Assembly (NCBI GenBank): GCA_038230375.1
Contig: JBBRNJ010000102.1
Span: forward strand, 1 to 28,238
Length of the DNA: 28,238 nucleotides
Reading direction: 5' to 3'
Source: Polyangiales bacterium
GTDB lineage: Bacteria; Myxococcota_A; Polyangia; Polyangiales; Polyangiaceae
Shown here: in pieces, positions 1 to 7,254 of the stretch
Position numbering within the stretch: position 1 is the first letter of the stretch
Layout of the letters: every line of letters begins with the position of its first letter
Made by a program: the position numbers and the translations under genes
The notes under the pieces: generated by a model
Database searches by the model: none
What the model was told of the DNA's origin: nothing
Seen by the model: the letters and a program-made list of their open reading frames with translations, nothing else

Positions 1-895
1 AACCGAACTCGAAGCCCGCGTCCGTCAGTCGCTTCGGCACGACGCGGCGGCTCTTCAGCACCAGCTCCGTGTCAGTGCCCATGACCCACGCGCCCATCTT
101 CAACATCCACACCGCGGCGGGCAGGCCGATGCGCGTGCCCCACGCCGCGCGCAGCGCCGTCATGAAGTCGCTGTAGGGCAGTGGGCCGGGCGCGGCCATG
201 TTGATCGCGCCGGAGAGCTCCTCGTGCTCGGTGAGGAAGGTGATGGCGCGCACGAAGTCGTCGTCGTGGATCCACGACACGAACTGACGACCATCGCCCG
301 CGGTGCCACCGAGCCCGCGGCGAACCAGGCCCAGGAGCACGTCGAAGATGCCTTCGCGATCGGGGCTCATCACCATGCTCGTGCGCAGGGCGATCTTGCG
401 CGTGTGCGGCGTGTCCGCGCGGTCCTGCGCGGCCTCCCACTCCTTTGCGATCTTCACGCTGTACGCCCAGTACGCGGGCACGTCCGGCTCCTCTCCGCCG
501 ATGATCCCCGTGAGCTCGTCGTTCGCGGCGTCAAAGCGGTGCGCGTAGATCGTGGCCGTGCTCATCTGCAACCAGAGGCGCGGGGGCTTCTTGGCTGCGG
601 CGATCGCCTTTCCCACGGCCTCGGTGCTCTCCACGCGCGAGTCCATCATGGCCTTCATGTTGTCGTCGGTGTAGCGGCAGTTGACTGAGCGTCCGGCCAG
701 GTTGATGACGATGTCCGCGCCATCGATCTCCTTCGCCCAGTCGCCCTGCGTCTTCGCGTCCCACGTGACGACACGCCCCGCAGGCACGTGCTCGCTTCGA
801 CACAGCACGACGACCTCGTCCTTCGTCTCCGCGTAGCGACGAGCGAGGATCTGCCCGACCTGGCCGCTGCCACCCGCAATGACCACCTTTGCCAT
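1..895 (-). CDS. TIGR01777-family NAD(P)-dependent epimerase/oxidoreductase (3' end outside the window)
   Basis: Manual translation from ATG 895 (absent from the ORF track because it runs off the edge): MAKVVIAGGSGQVG (Rossmann motif)...VINLAGRSVNCRY...LQMSTATIYAH...GDGRQFVSWIHDDDFVRAI...LVLKSRRVVPKRLTDAGFEF, all typical of this family. Confidence 0.9.
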   Translation of the reverse strand, partial: MAKVVIAGGSGQVGQILARRYAETKDEVVVLCRSEHVPAGRVVTWDAKTQGDWAKEIDGADIVINLAGRSVNCRYTDDNMKAMMDSRVESTEAVGKAIAAAKKPPRLWLQMSTATIYAHRFDAANDELTGIIGGEEPDVPAYWAYSVKIAKEWEAAQDRADTPHTRKIALRTSMVMSPDREGIFDVLLGLVRRGLGGTAGDGRQFVSWIHDDDFVRAITFLTEHEELSGAINMAAPGPLPYSDFMTALRAAWGTRIGLPAAVWMLKMGAWVMGTDTELVLKSRRVVPKRLTDAGFEFG

Positions 896-978
896 GCGCG
901 GATGGTAGGCTCCGCGAAGGAGACGCGCTACGCTCCGCGGCGATGACCCTCTGCGCCCCCTGCGCTCCCACGCGCATC

Positions 979-2487
979 ATGTCCAAGCACGTCTACTACT
1001 CCATGACGAAGAGCCTGTGCGGCACGTGCAAGAAGAGCGTGGACGCCAAGATTCACTTCCTGGAGGGCAAGGTCTACTTCGACAAGTTCTGCAAGGAGCA
1101 CGGCCACGAGCATGTGCTCGTGTCGTCGTCCATGGAGTGGTACCTGGACGCGCTCTCGTTCGTGTCGCCCGCTACACCGCCAAAGGACACGGCGGAGGCG
1201 CCCATCAAGGAAGTGAAGGCCGGCTGCCCGTTCGACTGCGGGCCGTGCAAGAGCCACCAGCAGAAGGTCTACATGCCCGTGATCCCGATCACGAGCGCGT
1301 GCAACCTGGACTGCCCCATCTGCTACACGGTCAACAAGAACGACGACCCGCACATGCTCTCGCGCGAGCATTTCGCGCAGATCCTCGCGCATCTCAAGCG
1401 TCAGCACGACGACCTGGACATCATCAACTTCACGGGCGGTGAGCCCACGCTGCATCCGCTGCTGTCCGAGTTCCTGAAGATGTCACGCGAGGCCGGGATT
1501 CGCCGGCTCACCGTGAGCACGAACGGCATCAAGCTGAAGAACGAGGAGTACACGAAGGAGCTCGCCGCCGCGGACGTGCGCGTCGTCCTCTCGCTCGACA
1601 CGTTCGACGAAGAAGTCGACATGACGATGCTCGGCGCCAAGACGGTGAAGCTGAAGCTGGGCGTGCTGGACCTGCTGGAGAAGCACGACGTCACCACGAC
1701 CATCCTGCCGGCGGTGGCCACGGGCCTCAACGACAAGGACGTGGGCAAGCTGTTCGATCTGGTGATGTCCAAGAAGAACATCTGCTCGCTCGAGATGCAC
1801 ACCCTGACCTTCACGGGGCAGGGCGGCGTTGGCTTCACGCGGAACGCACGCATCACGGTGCCCGACCTTCACCAGATCATGAACGAGCACACCGGCGGCA
1901 AGATCCAGTGGACGGACTTCGTCCCCTCGCCGCTCGCGCATCCGCACTGCTACAGCATCTGCTACCTGCTGGTGCTGGATGGCGGCGGCTACGTCCCGTT
2001 CACGCGCTTCATGCCGCGCAGCAAGCTGTTCGAGCTGCTCTCGCACTCCATCTACATCCAGCCGCGAGAGGACGTGGAAGAGGTGCTCCGCGGCGCCATC
2101 GACGAGATCTGGGCGAACGAGGGCACGGACAAGGCGCTGCCCGAGGCGGAGCAGGTCCTCTCCACGCTGAAGCGCCTCATCCGCGACATGTTCCCGCCCG
2201 ATGGTGCGCTGCCGCTCGCGGACCGCCAGAAGATCGCGGAGCGTGCGAGCAAGGCCATCTACATCCACTCGCACATGGACGAGGAGACGTTCGACGTGTC
2301 CCGCATCATGAAGTGCAGCGTGGGCGTGCCGGACATTGACGGCTCGAACATCCCGACGTGCTCGTACAACATCCTCTATCGCGAGAAGGACGTACGCTTC
2401 GCGAACCCCGAGATGCTCGCGCGCATGGAAGAGATCAGGCCCGAGCCGCAGAAGGAGAGGAACCTGCGGCTCCCGATCCTTCGCTGA
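979..2487 (+). CDS. Radical SAM protein, COG1964 / tetraether synthase (Tes, MJ0619)-like, paralogue 1
   Basis: N-terminal CxxC...CxxH (LCGTC...FCKEH), auxiliary CxxxCxxCxxH (CPFDCGPCKSH), radical SAM CxxxCxxC (CNLDCPICY), TGGEPTLHP, C-terminal HPHC...MD..FD..R..C...IPTCSYN. An alternative in-frame ATG at 943 follows a TACGCT -10-like box. Confidence 0.88.
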   Translation: MSKHVYYSMTKSLCGTCKKSVDAKIHFLEGKVYFDKFCKEHGHEHVLVSSSMEWYLDALSFVSPATPPKDTAEAPIKEVKAGCPFDCGPCKSHQQKVYMPVIPITSACNLDCPICYTVNKNDDPHMLSREHFAQILAHLKRQHDDLDIINFTGGEPTLHPLLSEFLKMSREAGIRRLTVSTNGIKLKNEEYTKELAAADVRVVLSLDTFDEEVDMTMLGAKTVKLKLGVLDLLEKHDVTTTILPAVATGLNDKDVGKLFDLVMSKKNICSLEMHTLTFTGQGGVGFTRNARITVPDLHQIMNEHTGGKIQWTDFVPSPLAHPHCYSICYLLVLDGGGYVPFTRFMPRSKLFELLSHSIYIQPREDVEEVLRGAIDEIWANEGTDKALPEAEQVLSTLKRLIRDMFPPDGALPLADRQKIAERASKAIYIHSHMDEETFDVSRIMKCSVGVPDIDGSNIPTCSYNILYREKDVRFANPEMLARMEEIRPEPQKERNLRLPILR

Positions 2488-2502
2488 GAGCGAGCGAACG
2501 CG

Positions 2503-2955
2503 GTGAGTGACGCCAACGAGTCCGGGCCGTATCGAAGCGTCGTCGCGGTGTGCCCGCAGTGCGCCACGCTGATGGAGACCCGCGGAATACCGAAAGAAGA
2601 GGTCAACGGCGACATCGTCGAGGTCCAGGTCGACGTGTGCCCACAGTGCGCCGGCATCTGGATCGATGGCGACGACGGGAACGTGCGGACGCTCACGCGC
2701 ACCACGCTCGCGGCGGAGACGCCACGGATGACAGGCACCGAGGACGAGGACGCGCGCCCCACCTGCCCGCGCGATGGCGTCCCGCTCGATCTCGACTTCA
2801 CGCAGAAGGGCGCAGTGCTCTATCGATGCGAGACGTGTGATGGCGCGTTCGTGTCGCGCCCGCAGGCAGAGAGACTGGTGCGCGCGGCGGGAGGCGAGGA
2901 GGACTTCAAGCGCGCCATCGCCATGTACAAGGAACGAAACAAGCCTTCCTCGTAG
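2503..2955 (+). CDS. Tandem TFIIB-type zinc-ribbon (zf-TFIIB) protein
   Basis: Two ribbons: CPQC...VDVCPQCAGIWID and CPRD...RCETCDGAFV. GTG start 15 nt after the radical SAM stop, so probably co-transcribed. Confidence 0.8.
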   Translation: MSDANESGPYRSVVAVCPQCATLMETRGIPKEEVNGDIVEVQVDVCPQCAGIWIDGDDGNVRTLTRTTLAAETPRMTGTEDEDARPTCPRDGVPLDLDFTQKGAVLYRCETCDGAFVSRPQAERLVRAAGGEEDFKRAIAMYKERNKPSS

Positions 2956-2965
2956 TCGTTGCAGC

Positions 2966-3562
2966 TCACAGCACGAAGCCGACGCGGAGCAGGTCGACGG
3001 TCGGTACGGAGCTTGTCCCGAGCTTGCCCACGGCACTCAGCACCGTGTCGACCGAGCCTTGTGCGAGCGCGGTGGTGCCGGACTGCGTGATGTAGCCGCT
3101 GGCGGAGAGGTGCTGATAGCCGCCCTTCACGCCGACGTAGAACGCGCCGTGGAACGGATAGAGCCGCCCACCGGCGCACGCAGCCCAGAAATCCAGGTTC
3201 ACATCGGAGATCTTCGTGGTCGGGAGAAGGCTGTAGTCTGCACCCAACGACCAGAACTTGTCGAACTGAAGAAACGCCGCAACGCCCACGGGTCGAGGAA
3301 ATCCAATCCCGCCGTTGATGCCGAAGCGGGTCTTCTCGGTGGAGAACATGGAGGCTTTGTCCTCGGGGTGCTCCATGACCACGGGCAGTGTCATGGGATC
3401 GCGATGAGGAGGGCTGGGAACGTCAGGCTCGGTGGTCTCCTCATGAGGAGCGGGCACTTCGAATCTGGTCGGGGTCGAGGTCGGGGTCGAGGTGTCCTCG
3501 GCCTTCGCGGTGATGGGAATGGTCAGAACGACGAGAACCAATGCTGACGGAAGTTGTCGCAT
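2966..3562 (-). CDS. Hypothetical secreted protein with outer-membrane beta-strand-like C-terminal half
   Basis: Signal peptide MRQLPSALVLVVLTIPITAKA, Pro/Thr-rich linker, amphipathic strands (RFGINGGIGFP, GGRLYPFHGAFYVGVKGGYQHL), terminal LLRVGFVL. Confidence 0.65.
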   Translation of the reverse strand: MRQLPSALVLVVLTIPITAKAEDTSTPTSTPTRFEVPAPHEETTEPDVPSPPHRDPMTLPVVMEHPEDKASMFSTEKTRFGINGGIGFPRPVGVAAFLQFDKFWSLGADYSLLPTTKISDVNLDFWAACAGGRLYPFHGAFYVGVKGGYQHLSASGYITQSGTTALAQGSVDTVLSAVGKLGTSSVPTVDLLRVGFVL

Positions 3563-3707
3563 GCGTGGGTGGAACCTCTTTCGTCCTGATCTGATGATCG
3601 CGAACGCGAGGTCATTCATGGATGTCGCAGCGAAATACGCCTGAATTTTCGATCAAATCGAGTGATCGATCTTCACACACGGATCACACGGCGCGGCGGC
3701 TGCGCTC

Positions 3708-4304
3708 TCACGGTCCCATGCGCGCGGTGCACGTGCCGTCCTTGCATGCTGGCACGTACATCGGACAACTCGGGATCGGCAGCGGCGTGATGCGCGGACA
3801 GTCCCCGTCACTCCAGGCCTTGCACTTGCCGTTGCGCACGGCGTTCGCTGCGGCCACATAACCGGCCGACGACGACGAAGCGATCGCATCCGACCCGCAG
3901 TCGCTCCCGCACGCGAAGCCATGAATCGTCACGCACTCCGAATCCGAAGAGCAGCTCCGGGAAGCGGCCTTCGCCGCCGCATCGAGCTGCCGCTGAGCCG
4001 CCGCCCGAATCCCCTGACAAGCCTGAGCGGAGATGTGCGCACTCGCCGGCCCCAACTCCGGAAACGTCGCGCCAATGGGAGAGGCATAGCGGCGAAGATC
4101 GGGAGAGGAGGAGGGCAAGGGCAGGGTCGAAGTCGAAGGTAAGGTCGAGACTAGGGTCGAGGTCGAAGTCGTCGTCGAAGTCGACGTCGTCGTCGTTGTC
4201 GTCGTCGCCACCGGTGACGCGGGGGGCTTGTCCTCGTTGCAGGCGACCGTGATCGGCACCGCGAGCGCGATCAGGCCCAGCGCGACGAGTGGAGACTTCC
4301 TCAT
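3708..4304 (-). CDS. Cys-rich lipoprotein with Thr/Ser linker
   Basis: MRKSPLVALGLIALAVPITVAC lipobox, T/S-rich linker, C-terminal domain with 10 Cys (CSSDSEC...CKDGTC). TATACT lies 7 nt before ATG 4304. Confidence 0.75.
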   Translation of the reverse strand: MRKSPLVALGLIALAVPITVACNEDKPPASPVATTTTTTTSTSTTTSTSTLVSTLPSTSTLPLPSSSPDLRRYASPIGATFPELGPASAHISAQACQGIRAAAQRQLDAAAKAASRSCSSDSECVTIHGFACGSDCGSDAIASSSSAGYVAAANAVRNGKCKAWSDGDCPRITPLPIPSCPMYVPACKDGTCTARMGP

Positions 4305-4311
4305 TCGACGG

Positions 4312-4321
4312 AGTATAGGCT
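4312..4321. promoter_or_regulatory. Overlapping divergent -10 elements (bidirectional promoter)
   Basis: AGTATAGGCT reads TATACT on the minus strand (7 nt before ATG 4304) and TAGGCT on the plus strand (6 nt before GTG 4328). The intergenic gap is only 23 bp. Confidence 0.6.
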
Positions 4322-4327
4322 TGACGC

Positions 4328-5266
4328 GTGAGCAAACGCCACGTCGCACGCGCGCTCTTCATCGCCACCGCGATCGCGTCGTGTCGTTCCGAGGGCGCGC
4401 GAGCGCCGGAGCCGAAGCCGACAACGGCGACGACGACGACGACGTCGACTTCCACCCCGACCCCGACTTCGACCCCGACCTCGACCTCGACCTCGACCTC
4501 GACCTCGACCTCGACCTCGACCTCGACCTCGACCTCGACCTCGACCTCGACCTTGGCCTCACCCTCACCCTCCACCTCGACCTCGCCCCCATCCCCTCCC
4601 CCTTTCCGCGGTCCGTTCGAGTCTCCTTTTGTCCCTGGCCGAAGCGTCTACTTTGCAGCTCCCGCGGCTGCCTCTCCGGCGAGGCGGCTCGTGGGCCATC
4701 TTCATGGCATCTGTTATCCGCCGTCTTACTCGTGCGGGAAGTGGGCTCACGCCGCGACGCAGCGTGGCTTTCTGGTGTGCCCCACCGGCAACGCCACGTG
4801 CGGAGACGGTGGTCACGGACCGCCGAGCTGGGAGGCTCCGTCATGGGACGAGCTCGTGCGCGACATGGACCGCGATCTCGAGCAATCGATCGCGCTCGTG
4901 TCGGCGCGCTTCCCGAAGGAGATCGATCGCGGGGGCGCGATCCTCACTGGCTTCTCGCGCGGGGCCTACGCGGCGCCAGTGCTCGCCCGCTTGCACCCCG
5001 GCCGCTGGCCGTATCTGGTCCTCATCGAGGCCGCGGCGCCGATCAGCGCGGCATCGCTGCGACGCGATCTCGTGCGTGCCGTCGCGCTGATCGCGGGCGA
5101 GAACGGTCCGGAGCGCGCTGGCATGCAGAAGCTGGCGGATACGCTCACGGCGGACGGCTTCCCCGTGCGCATGTTCGTCATGCCTGAAGTGGGGCACTTC
5201 TACTCGGACAATGTCGATCAGCTGATGAGCGACGCGTTCGACTTCGTGTCGGCCGTTCCCCTCTGA
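4328..5266 (+). CDS. Lipoprotein with alpha/beta-hydrolase (esterase-like) domain
   Basis: Lipobox AIASC, long TS linker, LVGHLHG, nucleophile elbow GFSRG, C-terminal His in VGHFY. Confidence 0.8.
   Translation: MSKRHVARALFIATAIASCRSEGARAPEPKPTTATTTTTSTSTPTPTSTPTSTSTSTSTSTSTSTSTSTSTSTSTLASPSPSTSTSPPSPPPFRGPFESPFVPGRSVYFAAPAAASPARRLVGHLHGICYPPSYSCGKWAHAATQRGFLVCPTGNATCGDGGHGPPSWEAPSWDELVRDMDRDLEQSIALVSARFPKEIDRGGAILTGFSRGAYAAPVLARLHPGRWPYLVLIEAAAPISAASLRRDLVRAVALIAGENGPERAGMQKLADTLTADGFPVRMFVMPEVGHFYSDNVDQLMSDAFDFVSAVPL
4477..4548 (+). repeat. (GACCTC)12 perfect hexanucleotide tandem repeat encoding a Thr-Ser linker
   Basis: 12 perfect units counted, with degenerate units flanking (about 4425-4590). 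Confidence 0.9.
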
Positions 5267-5319
5267 CCCCGCGCGCCAGACGACGCAGGCAGCGACGCCG
5301 GCGCCAACTGACGCGGACG

Positions 5320-5464
5320 AGAAGGCCGGATGGTTTTCGTCGAGACCGAGCGATGGGTGCGTTTTCTCGGGAGGAGCGCGCGGAACGACCTCACGGTCGT
5401 GAGCACGCACCGGACCGAAAAACGCGCCCAGCGCGAAGGGATCGGCAAAAAACACCGGCCTTCT
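5320..5464. repeat. Long imperfect inverted repeat between convergent genes
   Basis: AGAAGGCCGG (5320-29) pairs with CCGGCCTTCT (5455-64); GCGATGGGTGCGTTTTCTCGG pairs with CCGAAAAACGCGCCCAGCGC; apical stem ACGACC-tcac-GGTCGT. Confidence 0.75.
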
Positions 5465-7202
5465 AGGTCGTGTGCTCGCCCTTGGCCAGGGGCGCGGGCG
5501 TCGAGCTCTTCACGATCGGCGGCTGGCCTTTGATGCCGAGGACCTCGTATGTCATGACGGGTTTCTCGCGGCCCTTCACCGTGAGCTCGCGGACGGGGCG
5601 CGCGTCGATCTCGTTCTTCACGGCCTCGTAGGTGTCCTCGCTGATGAGGATGTCCACGCCGACCTCCTTGGTGGAGGACTCCAGCCGCGAGGCCAGGTTC
5701 ACGGCGTCGCCGATGACCGTGTACTCCATGCGCTTGTCGCTGCCGATGTTGCCCGCGACCACGTCGCCCGTGTGGATGCCGATGCCCGTGCGAATGCCGG
5801 GTATTCCGCGCTCCTTCAGGCGCTCGTTCAAGTGGCCGAGCGCGACACGCATGTGGACGGCCGCGCGAACGGCATGCAGGGGATCCTGCTTCCGCTGCAC
5901 CGGCGCGCCGAACACCGCCATGATCGCGTCGCCGATGTATTTGTCGACCACGCCGTCCTCTTCCATGATCGCGGTGACCATGTCCGTGAAGTACTCGTTC
6001 AGGAGCGCGACCAGCGCATGCGCCTCCATCTTCTCGCTGATGCTGGTGAAGCTGCGGATGTCGCTGAAGAGGATGGTGACCTTCAGCGTCTCGCCGCCGA
6101 GCTGCACCTTGCCCGCCATGAGGTGCTCCATGACCGCCTCGGTCATGTACTTGCCGAACGTGGAGCGCAGCTTGTCGCGCTCCTGGAGACCGTCAACCAT
6201 CTGATTGAAGCCATCGGCAAGGCTCTCGAGCTCGTCGCCGGTGCTGACGCCCGTGACCTTCACGTACTCGTGCTGTGCGAGCTTCCCGAGCGCGTTGTTC
6301 ATGCGGGTGAGCGCGCGCGACATGATGCCCGCCATCCGTGTGCCCCACGCCAGGCTGGCGACGGCAGACAGCAAGATGAGCCCGAACGCGAACGAGAAAT
6401 TGCGACGCACGATGGCGCGCACGTCGCTCACGTCCAGCGCCGCCACGATCTCGTAGCCATGCGCGCTCGCGGCGTACTCCTTCGGCGCGAAGCGCGCAGA
6501 CGCCCACGTGCTCGAACCCTCGTCGGTCATGATGGGCGCGCCGTCCAGTACGGTCGCGGCGGCGGTCGGGAAATGCTCGCTTCGCGTGATCACCCGTGTG
6601 TCGCCGCGCGCCACGAACGCGAGCTCCAGTCCCAGCTTGGCAGAGGCATTGCGGAGGTATTCGTCGTCCATGGGCAGGGTGAGGACCAGGACGCCGCCGC
6701 CCTCGACCGGAACCGCCATCGCGTAGGCGGGGACGTCTACCTTGCCCTTCTTGTTGCAGCCCGTCGGCAGCATTCCGCGGAAGGAGCCGCCGCTCAGGAC
6801 CGGCAGCAGCTCGGGTACCTGGTGGAGGTCGTCGAATGGCTCGTCGCATTCGATCTGCGCGAAGACCTTGCCCGTCGCGTCAGCAAACAGGAAGTCGATG
6901 TCCGGATAGGCGTCGTGGAAGCGCTTTCCCGCGTCCAGTGCCGTCGCCGGGTCGCGCTTCTGCATCGCCTCCTTCATGCGGACCGAGGTGGACATGAGCT
7001 TGGAGACAACGGATACGTCGAGGAGGTCGTCGTTCAGCTCCACCTGGAACGAGCCCAGCGCGCCCTCCACGCGGTCGTCTACTTCGGCCACGAGCTGCTT
7101 GTTGGTCTGCCAGGCGATGACTGGCACCACGAGGAGCGCCGCGAGGGCAGAGAGGAGGACAAGGGATGTCAGCTTGGCGCGGACCGTGTGAAGGCGAAAC
7201 AC
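5463..7202 (-). CDS. Membrane-bound class III adenylate cyclase (TM-periplasmic sensor-TM-HAMP-cyclase)
   Basis: Two TM segments, HAMP (GDELESLADGFNQM), LFSDIRSFT, DKYIGDAIMAVFG, RMEYTVIGDAVNLASRLES (Lys/Thr, ATP-type). GTG 7202 chosen because TATCAT lies 6 nt upstream. Confidence 0.93.
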   Translation of the reverse strand: MFRLHTVRAKLTSLVLLSALAALLVVPVIAWQTNKQLVAEVDDRVEGALGSFQVELNDDLLDVSVVSKLMSTSVRMKEAMQKRDPATALDAGKRFHDAYPDIDFLFADATGKVFAQIECDEPFDDLHQVPELLPVLSGGSFRGMLPTGCNKKGKVDVPAYAMAVPVEGGGVLVLTLPMDDEYLRNASAKLGLELAFVARGDTRVITRSEHFPTAAATVLDGAPIMTDEGSSTWASARFAPKEYAASAHGYEIVAALDVSDVRAIVRRNFSFAFGLILLSAVASLAWGTRMAGIMSRALTRMNNALGKLAQHEYVKVTGVSTGDELESLADGFNQMVDGLQERDKLRSTFGKYMTEAVMEHLMAGKVQLGGETLKVTILFSDIRSFTSISEKMEAHALVALLNEYFTDMVTAIMEEDGVVDKYIGDAIMAVFGAPVQRKQDPLHAVRAAVHMRVALGHLNERLKERGIPGIRTGIGIHTGDVVAGNIGSDKRMEYTVIGDAVNLASRLESSTKEVGVDILISEDTYEAVKNEIDARPVRELTVKGREKPVMTYEVLGIKGQPPIVKSSTPAPLAKGEHTT

Positions 7203-7254
7203 GGGCCGATGATAGTCCCTCGCAAGGCTTCGCGACATCTGTTACGCCCGTCCC

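Noticed and set aside
3661..3678. CRP-like GTGA...TCAC site near the cyclase locus
   Set aside because: Spacer is 7 nt rather than 6 and the flanks match poorly.
4477..4548. Possible CRISPR-like array (also 15484-15628)
   Set aside because: Simple 3/6-nt tandem repeats with no spacers and no cas genes.
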